26,892 bases of DNA. Source: Microcystaceae cyanobacterium. Lineage in GTDB: Bacteria > Cyanobacteriota > Cyanobacteriia > Cyanobacteriales > Microcystaceae. Each line of letters opens with the position of its first letter. The first letter of the stretch is position 1. This document shows, piece after piece, positions 17,684-26,879 of the stretch. The stretch is from assembly GCA_041746575.1 (NCBI GenBank), contig JBGTGT010000110.1, positions 1 to 26,892 on the forward strand. Direction: 5' to 3'. The notes beneath the pieces are model-generated. The model was given only the letters and a program-made list of their open reading frames with translations, did no database searches and had not been told where the DNA came from. The position numbers and the translations under genes were made by a program.

Positions 17684-19296
17684 AAAATCTACCTTATCGT
17701 ATCTCGGATTTTGTGCCTTTTGTGGAAGCGGCAATAACATTATATAAACATTTGGGAATCGTTGAAGCGGCTTGTTATCCTGTTTTAGATGCGGTGGTTA
17801 CTTCAATTAAAGACGAATATGTCCGTTTATTAGATAGAATCGAAAATTGGGCAACGATTGAAAAAAAACCTGAAATGTTGGCAGAAGCTAGAGCAATGGA
17901 AGCCAATCGTCATAAATCCAGCAAAATTCGGGAAAAGTTTGCCGCCGGAGTAGAATTTGCCATTACTCTGAAGAAAAAACGGTTGAGTTTTCGGGATGTG
18001 ACGGAAGGCGTGTTAGCGGTGACAGAGTTAAATCGTTTGCGACAGTTGGAATTAACCCAAGAATTTAATCACGAACAACCGAGTTCTTTTGAGTCTGCTC
18101 AAGAATATTTAGGTAAATGGAATCGTGTGATTATGGGAAGCGCAGAAGAAACAATTGAAGGCGCAATGATGCCTGTTTCTTACTGGTATGAAGATTTTAT
18201 GCCTAAATTACTGGCCGCTTTTAGTGTCAGTCGGGTAGCAGATATCACCCCGAATACCGTTGCAGACGAAACCGACTTAAATGATTGGTATGCAACCGTA
18301 AAATCGTCAGGGGATTTGGCTAAATATGGAACTGACGTATTGGAAGGATTTTCCCATTGTACGCCGTCTCAAAAATTGGCGGTTCAACAAGCATGGCGAT
18401 TAACCCATCATTACCTCAATGGGATTCAAAAGCGACGAGAACGTTTAGAATTTGGGCGAGAGACGGGGTTTTTGTCACAGTATGTGTCGTTTATTGATAT
18501 TTACTTAGGACGTAATGATATTAAGAATGCAGAAATGCGCGTAAGTTTCCCTTATTATATAGGACCGGCGATGTGGCGTTTCTTTCACACAATGGCAGAA
18601 ATCGTTGATATGAAGTCTGCAGAAGAACAAAGAGAATTAGTGGGTTTATTTAAAGGATTTATTCAGTTTTTTGCTCAAATGTACCCTTGTCCCTACTGTC
18701 GCCATCATTTTAATGCCTATGTGATTCTTAATAAAGAAGTAGATATGTACCCAATGGAATATCTTTTATTAGGGCGGGACCCAAATTTGACGGATTTTGG
18801 TGTTTATCTGGACGCTAAGCTTTCTACCATTACAGATGGTAATAGTTTACGTCTTTTCTTCTGGAAACTTCATAATACGGTATCTTCCTCCATTGCTCGT
18901 TCTGAAGAATGGTATCATAAAGATGAAAAGGCGTTTTACACCACCCGTTATTGGCCAAGTTTAGATTCAGAATTAGCGAAAGCAAAGGCATTAGGACAAT
19001 ATGCTATCGAATTGAAAAATTTAACCAAACTTTACGGGATTTTAAAGCCGATTTCTCAGTTAGCAGCTGTCAGACAAAGATTGGGGGAATTAGTTGAAGC
19101 AGGGAATACAGAGAAAATTCGGGAAGCTTGTCTTCTTTGCGAAAGATATATTCAACAGTTGGAAGAGAATTTGAATGTAAGCGAGTTTTTGCAAGAAATG
19201 TATCACTTCAATCCTGCTTTAACCGATGAAGATCCTTTTTTTACCCCAGAAGAAGAAAATTTTGCCCGTAGTGGTCAATTTGTGGAAATCCGTTAA
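17590..19296 (+). CDS. Large helical protein with Erv/ALR (QSOX-like) sulfhydryl oxidase domain (3' part of the fusion gene)
   Basis: GPAMWRFFHTMA, YPCPYCRHHF (CxxC at 18688-18699), FFWKLHNTV, RYWPS. The frame is open back to 17494 and overlaps the upstream ORF. Confidence 0.75.
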   Translation: MQIGMFRLLQGAAYRCFRESFSAHHETHLRVKNLPYRISDFVPFVEAAITLYKHLGIVEAACYPVLDAVVTSIKDEYVRLLDRIENWATIEKKPEMLAEARAMEANRHKSSKIREKFAAGVEFAITLKKKRLSFRDVTEGVLAVTELNRLRQLELTQEFNHEQPSSFESAQEYLGKWNRVIMGSAEETIEGAMMPVSYWYEDFMPKLLAAFSVSRVADITPNTVADETDLNDWYATVKSSGDLAKYGTDVLEGFSHCTPSQKLAVQQAWRLTHHYLNGIQKRRERLEFGRETGFLSQYVSFIDIYLGRNDIKNAEMRVSFPYYIGPAMWRFFHTMAEIVDMKSAEEQRELVGLFKGFIQFFAQMYPCPYCRHHFNAYVILNKEVDMYPMEYLLLGRDPNLTDFGVYLDAKLSTITDGNSLRLFFWKLHNTVSSSIARSEEWYHKDEKAFYTTRYWPSLDSELAKAKALGQYAIELKNLTKLYGILKPISQLAAVRQRLGELVEAGNTEKIREACLLCERYIQQLEENLNVSEFLQEMYHFNPALTDEDPFFTPEEENFARSGQFVEIR

Positions 19297-19420
19297 ACTC
19301 TAGGGCAGAATTGGGAGAATAAAAACATAATTTGCCAAAAAACTTGTTTTTCAAATTACTTAAAAATTTTATTAAGTTTCGGACTCAATTGGGGTAGTTT
19401 GCGACTTATTGATCAAAAAA

Positions 19421-19660
19421 TTAAGCCTCCAAAGTTTCTAACCAGTCTCTTAAATCTTTAACGGTGGAGAAATCTAATAATGCTTCTCCTAATGCTTCCA
19501 CATCATTAATATTTAACCCAATAATGTCAGTTTCTAAGGAAGGAGGCATTTCACCTAACTTTCGTTTAAGGAGACGCAAAATCAGCATTTTTTCTCGTTC
19601 AATACCTTGTTCAATACCTTGTTCAATGCCTTGACGCATCCAACTGGTAGTAATTTGCAT
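19421..19660 (-). CDS. Putative internal small ORF (Rpn-S-type antitoxin), 79 aa
   Basis: GGAGGGAGTT directly precedes an in-frame ATG at 19660; MQITTSWMRQGIEQGIEQGIERE... Confidence 0.65.
   Translation of the reverse strand: MQITTSWMRQGIEQGIEQGIEREKMLILRLLKRKLGEMPPSLETDIIGLNINDVEALGEALLDFSTVKDLRDWLETLEA
19597..19633. repeat. 12-bp coding tandem repeat x3 (QGIE)
   Basis: GTTCAATACCTT, GTTCAATACCTT, GTTCAATGCCTT. Confidence 0.9.
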
Positions 19661-20481
19661 AACTCCCTCCTGTGTCGCTTGACTAAACGTGCGAATCTCT
19701 TCTTGAAATTGTATCTCTTCTGAACGATTTAGGTTAAGATAAGTATCGACAAAACCAGAAATTAACTGCATTCTAGCAGGATCTAATTTTAAAGTTACTA
19801 ATAAACGCAAACATTCTGCCTTAACTTTCGGTCTATCCTTAAGCTCAATACTCATTTTAGCCATCAAAGCAGAGGCGATGGGATTAGATTGATTGAGAAA
19901 ATCTCGCCAATTTAACCGATTTAATTGAATCACTTGATAGTGAAATTCCAAGACTTTTAAATCAGGAAAGTTAACCTCATATCGGTCAATAGCTTGTTTT
20001 TTAGGTGTACGATAGGAAAAAATGACAATGGGATAAACGGGTAAGGTAAACTTTATCATGAAATCGAGCAAAATAGGTAAACATTCGCCGATTAAATTCA
20101 GCTTTGGCACTTGCTTGTGCTTCTACATGAATTAGGAAATAAGCATCCCTTTCTTGAAATTTAACTTGTGCGATTAAATCACTTTCGTATTTTTCGCTTT
20201 CGGTGACATTAGTAAACACTTCCTTATCTAAGAATAGAATAGAATTCCTATCTAAATAAATCATTACACTGGGGAAAAATAACTCAAGAAACTCGACAAA
20301 AAAAGTTGAAATGAGTTCTTTAAATAAGCGGTCATGGTCAATCATTGAGATCAGCTGTTAAATTGCTTGATGACACGGAAAGGGAGAGAAAGGTTAAGCG
20401 TTTGTACCCCATTTATCAATAAGTATTATAATTGCACATTAGCTTATTGAGCTACATTTCAGAATATCAATCTTATCATTT

Positions 20482-21636
20482 TTAATCGGGAGTGGTAACG
20501 AATTCAGAAGATTCGGCATTCCTTTCTTCTTCAGAAAAGGGGTCATTTACCTCTAGTTTTTGGAATTCTTTTTCAGCCAATAGTTTGGGTTCTAAATAAA
20601 GATTCTCTACTAAAACGCCAATTCCTGCCACCCAAGGCGGTAAAATGAGCGCGCCGAGAATTCCTAATAATTGAACGCCACTTAAAACCGCTAATAGCTG
20701 ATATAATGGTGGCACTTTCACTGATGATCCCACTAATAAAGGATCTAAAACATAGGTTTCAACATTCTGAATAATGACAAATAATAATAACACCCATAAA
20801 AATGTCCATCCTCCTTGAACAATCGCAACAATCAAAGCAGGAATTGAACCTAAAACGGGTCCAAAAAAAGGAATTAAGTTAGTAATTCCAGCAATGGTTC
20901 CCAAGCCCAGCGCAAATTCGGAAATCCCTAAAAATCTTAAACCAATGCTAATCACTAATCCTAAAATAAAAGACACTAATAATCTACCTTGAATATAACC
21001 TCCCATCCGGCGACTCATGGGGCTGACTTGTGCGGCTAATCGTTCATCCCATGGTTTTGGGAAAAGACTCACCATCCCATTAACTAGCTTTTTTGAACCT
21101 GATAGCATATATCCCGAGAGAAGGAGGGCTAAAATTAGATTTAAAACGCCACCAAGTATGGTTAAAACGCCTCCCAAGAGTCCCCTTGTGCGAATTAATA
21201 ATTGTTGACTGAGACGTAACCCCCAATTCGTTAATGTTTGGACATCAAACAGTTGATTGAGTCCATTAAGCATATTGGGTTCAGTCACCCCTAAACGCGT
21301 CATGAGATTTCTAATTTCTATCTGTAATATATCTAAATAGCCGGGTAATCTTTCTCCTAACCGTTGGATTTGGGTGATAATTGTTGGACCTAGCAATAAG
21401 CTAACTCCCGTTATAATGGTTATTAAAGCTAAATAAACCAATAAAACAGCTAACCATCGGGGAATATGTTTATTTTCTACACTTTCTACCACGGGAGCTA
21501 AGGTAGAGGCGATAATCGCCGCAATCATTAAAACAACCACCAGACTTCTTAATTGCCAGAGTAATAGCAAGATAAATCCTGCTGTTGCGACTAAGAAAAG
21601 ACTAGAGAGGGAAAAGGAAATGCGTCGTTCTATCAT
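20482..21636 (-). CDS. AI-2E family transporter
   Basis: GGYIQGR, NLIPFFGP, IQNVETYVLDP, LGALILPP. Confidence 0.92.
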   Translation of the reverse strand: MIERRISFSLSSLFLVATAGFILLLLWQLRSLVVVLMIAAIIASTLAPVVESVENKHIPRWLAVLLVYLALITIITGVSLLLGPTIITQIQRLGERLPGYLDILQIEIRNLMTRLGVTEPNMLNGLNQLFDVQTLTNWGLRLSQQLLIRTRGLLGGVLTILGGVLNLILALLLSGYMLSGSKKLVNGMVSLFPKPWDERLAAQVSPMSRRMGGYIQGRLLVSFILGLVISIGLRFLGISEFALGLGTIAGITNLIPFFGPVLGSIPALIVAIVQGGWTFLWVLLLFVIIQNVETYVLDPLLVGSSVKVPPLYQLLAVLSGVQLLGILGALILPPWVAGIGVLVENLYLEPKLLAEKEFQKLEVNDPFSEEERNAESSEFVTTPD

Positions 21637-21788
21637 TGCGTCAGGACAGGGAAAAAGAAAGTAAAGACCGTTTATTACCTGCGTTTATCTTAATGCAAAA
21701 AGCAGACTCCCGACAGCGCGGAGCTTATTGAGGTCAATTAACCTTCATGGGAAAAACGGCTGATTGCTGGTTTTGGTAAACTGTTACA

Positions 21789-22571
21789 ATGCAATTCAAA
21801 TGGCGTAGAGGAGTGATGAAGATGAGGATCAAACCGCAAATGCTATGGAAAGATCACGGGGATAAACTGTTATTTTCCTTTGCTAGTCTTTATTTTTTGT
21901 TGGTTTTAGCTTGGTTAGTCAGTAAAGATAGATTATTCTTGCCTTTTGTAAATCATCCCCAGACAACCGTAAGAGTGAAACCGCTTTCCGCCGACGATAA
22001 AGCATTTATTGCCTATTTGCAAGCGCAGTTAGCAATGATTGAAACGCCGTCTTCCTCCTCTTCAACCCAAAATTCGACACAAACGCCAACGATTCAGAGT
22101 GATTTGCCCTCTGTGATGGTTCTCCCCCCATCTACACCCTCTAAACCTCCATCTCCCTCGGTGATTGAACGAATCTACATCCCTTTATATCCTGAGATTC
22201 CTGAAACCGTGCAACCGTCTCCTCCGCCTGTGCGATCTGTAATTGTGCCTTCACCAGTAACACCGAAAAAAGTCGCGGTGATCTCGCCTCCTCCGCCAAA
22301 AATTACCTCTGTTCCCGTCTTGACTCCTCGTAGCTCCCTAAATCCTGAAATGACGGCGACGGTTTCTCCCTCCGTTCATAAGTTGGTGGGCACATTGGCA
22401 GATGGCGATCGCTCTTATGCTATCTTTCAAGTAAAGGGAAAACCGAATCAAGTTCGCATCGGTCAAATGATTGGTCAAAGTGGTTGGATATTGACAAAGG
22501 TAGAAAATCAACAAATTGTTCTGCAAAAAAAGGGAAATCAACGAATTATCAGTGTAGGAGAGGAATTATAA
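21789..22571 (+). CDS. Hypothetical single-pass proline-rich protein with GspC/PilP-like C-terminal beta domain
   Basis: One TM segment, Pro/Ser-rich linker, LVGTL...AIF...IGQMIGQSGWIL. The real start may be the ATG at 21822, which follows GAGGAG. Confidence 0.6.
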   Translation: MQFKWRRGVMKMRIKPQMLWKDHGDKLLFSFASLYFLLVLAWLVSKDRLFLPFVNHPQTTVRVKPLSADDKAFIAYLQAQLAMIETPSSSSSTQNSTQTPTIQSDLPSVMVLPPSTPSKPPSPSVIERIYIPLYPEIPETVQPSPPPVRSVIVPSPVTPKKVAVISPPPPKITSVPVLTPRSSLNPEMTATVSPSVHKLVGTLADGDRSYAIFQVKGKPNQVRIGQMIGQSGWILTKVENQQIVLQKKGNQRIISVGEEL

Positions 22572-22661
22572 ATAGTTAATGAAGAATGATGATTTAAAAT
22601 TTATACAATAATCCCCTAATTATTTCAATTCTCGAAGTACCAATTAAGGAATATTAAAATC

Positions 22662-23228
22662 ATGGGTCTATTTGATGATATTAACCGCTTTCTCGAAATC
22701 AGATTAGAGGAATTTTTACGCACTAATCCTCATTTAGAATTTCAAGCTTTGCAAGAACAATTGCGAGAACAAATGCAAGATACCTCGAAGTTAATAAGAG
22801 ATTTAGAAACAGAAAAACAGGTCTTAGAACAGAAAATCTTAGATTTAGGTCAAGAGATCAAAACATGGCACTTCCGCATTGAAAAAGCCAAGAACGCGAG
22901 CAGAGAAGACTTAGCCATTGCCGCACAAGAAAGAGAGGCAACATTACTGCGTCAAGGCAATCAACTTTGGGGACAAATGGAAGGGGTTAAACAACGCTTA
23001 AATCAAGCCAAAGATTTATTAGCACACATTAAACAACGACAGAAAGAAATGAAAGAACAGGCGGTTCAATTTCAAACTAATGTTAATGCGACTTCTAGTA
23101 ATTGGGATACGATTGGTTGGAATCAAGGGACAAATTATCCTTCTCGTCCTGCTGTCGACCCATTAGAAACGGAATTTCAGAAAATTGAATTAAATGATGA
23201 ATTAGAACAACTGAAACGAAATCTGTAA
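22662..23228 (+). CDS. TIGR04376-type coiled-coil protein (PspA/IM30-related)
   Basis: MGLFDDINRFLEIRLEEFLRTNPHLE, REDLA..AQERE..LLRQGNQLWGQM, DPLE..F...E..DELEQLK. Confidence 0.85.
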   Translation: MGLFDDINRFLEIRLEEFLRTNPHLEFQALQEQLREQMQDTSKLIRDLETEKQVLEQKILDLGQEIKTWHFRIEKAKNASREDLAIAAQEREATLLRQGNQLWGQMEGVKQRLNQAKDLLAHIKQRQKEMKEQAVQFQTNVNATSSNWDTIGWNQGTNYPSRPAVDPLETEFQKIELNDELEQLKRNL

Positions 23229-23581
23229 ATTTAATGATAAACTTACTTGATCAAAAAAGCCTGAATTGTCAGTTTAGATTAATTTTCACTATTTAAATAA
23301 CGCTACTGACGGTCAATGGTTACCTTTGGCTTTCTCATCGGGATTCTGCAAAAGCGAAATCACTGTAAAATAATCAGACATTGCACAAAAAAGCCGCTAT
23401 GGTAGGGTCACGAGACGGATTAACGTTTCTAGCGTCAATGGGATTTACGGTCCTGTTTTCATCTCCCTATCCCTTTAAACCGTAATCAATGAACGATTTT
23501 CATTGAGACGATGCGCTATGGTGAGCAATGGTTTAGCCATAGCAATGCCCTTGTAAACCCCATCAAAAGGATACAATCATT

Positions 23582-26128
23582 ATGGAAACGTATGTTCCTC
23601 AAAGCGAGAATAAGATTTCTGGAGACGTTTGTGTCCCTCAGATTCAAGTCGAAGATGATCGCACAGGAATGAGCAAAGAAACCCTAAAACGAGCTTTTCT
23701 GGACAATTTATTTTATGTTCAAGGGGTAGATCGCTCAGAAGCTAAAGCATACGATTATTATGTCGCCCTTGCTTACACTATTCGTGACCGTTTGCTGCAC
23801 CGTTTTATTAAAACCATCAATACCTACAAAAAAGAACGGGTCAAATTGGTTTCCTATTTATCGGCAGAATTCCTCATGGGTCGTCATTTAGGCAATAATT
23901 TGGTCAATTTGGGGATTTTCGATGAAGTTAAAGAAGTGGTTAGCGAATTAGGCATTGAATTTGACGAATTGATTGAACAAGAACCCGATCCCGGCTTAGG
24001 AAATGGCGGTTTAGGTCGTTTAGCGGCTTGTTTTCTTGATTCCTTAGCATCTTTAGAAATTCCGGCGATCGGCTACGGCATTCGCTATGAATTTGGCATT
24101 TTTCATCAACTTATCCAAGACGGTTGGCAGGTGGAAATCCCTGATAATTGGCTCAGATTCCGCAATCCGTGGGAATTACCGCGACCCGACGAAACCGTCG
24201 AAGTCAAATTAGGCGGCCATACCGAAACTTTCCCTGACGAAAGGGGAAAGCGTCGTAGTGTTTGGATTCCCGACCGTACTATCTTAGCCATTCCTTACGA
24301 TACCCCCGTTCCGGGTTACAAGGTCAACACCGTTAATCCTTTACGACTCTGGAAGGCAGAAGCCAGTGAAGACTTTAACTTTGAAGCCTTTAATGCCGGA
24401 TTATACGATAATGCCGTCGCCGAAAAGATGGATGCAGAAACCATCTCGAAAGTCCTTTATCCTAACGATAATACACCAGCCGGTCGAGAATTACGGCTTG
24501 CACAACAATATTTCTTTGTAGCCGCTTCTCTGCAAGACCTAATTCGCATTCACTTGAGAACTCACCCCAATTTAGATGATTTCCACGAAAAAGTCTCTCT
24601 TCAGATGAATGATACCCATCCCACTGTTGCAGTGGCTGAATTAATGCGTCTGTTAGTGGATCAATATAACTACTATTGGGATACAGCGTGGGATATTGCC
24701 CAAAAAACCTTGTCCTACACCAATCATACCTTGATGCCGGAAGCCTTAGAAAAATGGGAAGTGAGCTTATTTGAGCGACTTTTACCTCGTCACTTGGAGA
24801 TTATCTACGAAATTAACCATCGTTTCCTCGAAGATGTCCGAACATGGTTCCCCAATGATGATGAACTTCTTAGTCGTCTATCTTTAATTCAGGAAGGAGA
24901 AGAAAAACAAATTCGTATGGCTAACTTAGCCTGTGTAGGAAGTCATGCCATTAATGGAGTCGCCGCTTTACACACAGAATTACTCAAAAAAGACACGCTA
25001 AACCAATTTTATAAGCTTTGGCCTGAAAAATTCTTCAACAAAACGAATGGAGTTACCCCCCGTCGTTGGATTTTACTCAGTAATCCTAAATTGGCAGCTC
25101 TAGTTTCTGAAAAGATTGGTGAGGGTTGGCTCAAAAATTTGGATGAAATGCGTCGTATTGAGAAATTTATAGACGATCCGGACTTTTGTGAACGATGGAG
25201 AGAGATCAAACAAGAAAATAAACAGCATTTAGCTGATTATATCCTTAAAACTCGTAATATCTCTGTAGATATCAATTCTCTATTTGATGTGCAAGTCAAG
25301 CGGATTCATGAGTATAAACGGCAGCATCTCGCCATTATGCACATTATTGCCCTGTATAATCGCATCAAACAGAATCCTAATGTGGATATTCTCCCCCGAA
25401 CCGTTATTTTTGGCGGAAAAGCCGCTCCTGGTTACTTTATGGCGAAATTAGTCATCAAACTGATTAATGCTGTAGCAGAAGTGGTCAATAAAGACCCCGA
25501 TGTCAGAGGTCGCTTAAAAGTCGTCTTTTTGCCTAATTTCAACGTTTCTTTAGGGCAACGCATCTATCCGGCGGCTGACCTATCCGAACAAATCTCTACT
25601 GCTGGAAAGGAGGCTTCTGGCACAGGAAACATGAAATTTGCCATGAATGGGGCGTTAACCATTGGTACACTTGATGGAGCAAATATCGAAATCCGAGAAG
25701 AAGCGCATCCTGAGAATTTCTTCCTCTTTGGCTTAACTGCCGAAGAAGTCTATGAAATGAAAATACAAGGCTATAATCCTCACGATTTTTACAGCCATAA
25801 TGGGGAATTGCGTCAGGTTATTGACACCATTGCCAATGGTTACTTTAGTCATGGCGATAAGAAATTATTTCAGCCCATTGTTGACTCTTTGATGTACGAT
25901 GACACTTATATGTTATTTGCTGATTTTCAGTCCTACATTGACTGTCAAAAAGCCGTTAGTGAAGCCTACCGAAATCAACAGAAATGGACAAGAATGTCGA
26001 TTTTAAATGGGGCGCGGATGGGTAAATTTTCTAGCGATCGCACTATTAAAGAGTATTGCGAACAAATTTGGAAGATTGACCCCGTTAAGATTGAGATTGA
26101 AGAATACAATCCGAATCTTTCAAGTTAA
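23582..26128 (+). CDS. glgP: Glycogen/alpha-glucan phosphorylase
   Basis: GLGNGGLGRLAAC, KRIHEYKRQ, PLP-binding EASGTGNMK. Confidence 0.99.
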   Translation: METYVPQSENKISGDVCVPQIQVEDDRTGMSKETLKRAFLDNLFYVQGVDRSEAKAYDYYVALAYTIRDRLLHRFIKTINTYKKERVKLVSYLSAEFLMGRHLGNNLVNLGIFDEVKEVVSELGIEFDELIEQEPDPGLGNGGLGRLAACFLDSLASLEIPAIGYGIRYEFGIFHQLIQDGWQVEIPDNWLRFRNPWELPRPDETVEVKLGGHTETFPDERGKRRSVWIPDRTILAIPYDTPVPGYKVNTVNPLRLWKAEASEDFNFEAFNAGLYDNAVAEKMDAETISKVLYPNDNTPAGRELRLAQQYFFVAASLQDLIRIHLRTHPNLDDFHEKVSLQMNDTHPTVAVAELMRLLVDQYNYYWDTAWDIAQKTLSYTNHTLMPEALEKWEVSLFERLLPRHLEIIYEINHRFLEDVRTWFPNDDELLSRLSLIQEGEEKQIRMANLACVGSHAINGVAALHTELLKKDTLNQFYKLWPEKFFNKTNGVTPRRWILLSNPKLAALVSEKIGEGWLKNLDEMRRIEKFIDDPDFCERWREIKQENKQHLADYILKTRNISVDINSLFDVQVKRIHEYKRQHLAIMHIIALYNRIKQNPNVDILPRTVIFGGKAAPGYFMAKLVIKLINAVAEVVNKDPDVRGRLKVVFLPNFNVSLGQRIYPAADLSEQISTAGKEASGTGNMKFAMNGALTIGTLDGANIEIREEAHPENFFLFGLTAEEVYEMKIQGYNPHDFYSHNGELRQVIDTIANGYFSHGDKKLFQPIVDSLMYDDTYMLFADFQSYIDCQKAVSEAYRNQQKWTRMSILNGARMGKFSSDRTIKEYCEQIWKIDPVKIEIEEYNPNLSS

Positions 26129-26132
26129 TTTG

Positions 26133-26160
26133 GAAAGGGTGGGTTTTTCCCACCTTTTTC
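26133..26160 (+). terminator. Probable intrinsic terminator after glgP
   Basis: GAAAGGGTGGG-TTTTT-CCCACCTTTTTC hairpin immediately after the stop codon, followed by T-rich sequence. Confidence 0.7.
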
Positions 26161-26210
26161 GTCAGTCTTTTATTATCTAATTAACTTAATTTTTTATTTA
26201 TTTTTTTTCA

Positions 26211-26510
26211 TTACATCAATATTTGAAATCCTGCTTGTTAAAAATGCTTATCAAATGTTAAAACTTGAGTCATTTCTAACTCAGACATAACGACAAAGGA
26301 CACACAATCAACTCATTCCCATTTCTTGTCCTAAAATTTTTTAGATAAATTAAATGCTTGAATAAATAACTGAGGGGTTAAGCAAACAATTTCAACACTA
26401 TCAGAATCATAAAAGTCTTGTATCGTTGCGATCGCTTTTTGTTTAGAATGGCGAACAACAGCATTGCCTAATTCTAATAATACACCACTAATAATAGATA
26501 ATAATATCTT
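26211..26510 (-). pseudogene. vapC: VapC/PIN-domain toxin pseudogene
   Basis: Manual translation: ...SGVLLELGNAVVRHSKQKAIATIQDFYDSDSVEIVCLTPQLFIQAFNLSKKF*DKKWE*VDCVSFVVMSELEMTQVLTFDKHF*QAGFQILM*. Three internal stops; N-terminus not recognisable. Confidence 0.85.
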
Positions 26511-26575
26511 TTAATATAATAAGAATAAAGACATAAATTAGTGGTAAAAAAGTAAATGAAATCCCAAGAATCGAG

Positions 26576-26731
26576 CTAGGAGGACGAAGATAAGACACTA
26601 TTGACTGTCTTATAACTGGATTTTTTCTCTTGATGATAACTAATGAATTGATCTAGAATTTTAAAGATACTTTGATAATCTTCTTCAAATTGTGGAGACG
26701 GCGGTAACTTAGCCTCATAATTAAGCTTCAT
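26576..26731 (-). CDS. Possible 51-aa small protein
   Basis: MKLNYEAKLPPSPQFEEDYQSIFKILDQFISYHQEKKSSYKTVNSVLSSSS*; no family recognised. Confidence 0.3.
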   Translation of the reverse strand: MKLNYEAKLPPSPQFEEDYQSIFKILDQFISYHQEKKSSYKTVNSVLSSSS

Positions 26732-26820
26732 ATCTATAATTTACGCCTAACAACGTGAGTTCGACCATCAGAAAAGCTACGAAACTTCTTCATTTAATTT
26801 TTTTTCATTTATTTTGTGCA

Positions 26821-26879
26821 GGGGGTGCGGGGGAGGCACTCCGTCCCCCGTTGGGGGGTTTGGGGGGCTAGTCCCCCAA
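26821..26879. repeat. Doubled G-run plus GC hairpin module
   Basis: CGGGGGA-N9-TCCCCCG (26828-26850) and TTGGGGGG-CTAG-TCCCCCAA (26860-26879), each preceded by an extra G5-6 run. Confidence 0.8.

Larger units (their letters stand above)
19421..20345 (-). pseudogene. Frameshifted Rpn-family (PD-(D/E)XK) protein with DUF4351-type C-terminus
   Basis: 5' ORF MIDHDRLFKELISTFF...DLIAQV...LIHVEAQ; 3' ORF FTLPVYPIVIFSY...LGEALLDF. One extra base at about 20052-20054 (CAT GAT AAAG TTT instead of CAT GAT AAG TTT); removing it gives 307 aa. Confidence 0.88.
1514..26435. repeat. Dispersed HIP1 octamers (GCGATCGC)
   Basis: Seen at 1514, 3547, 4237, 6993, 22405 and 26428; manual scan, may be incomplete. 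Confidence 0.8.

Noticed and set aside
339..25209. Short alternative-frame or antisense ORFs in the track (339, 3511, 4093, 5299, 5535, 6598, 8691, 9179, 10451, 11063, 16198, 21017, 22338, 24106, 25009)
   Set aside because: All lie within or almost entirely within well-supported genes and show no recognisable motifs; treated as shadow ORFs.
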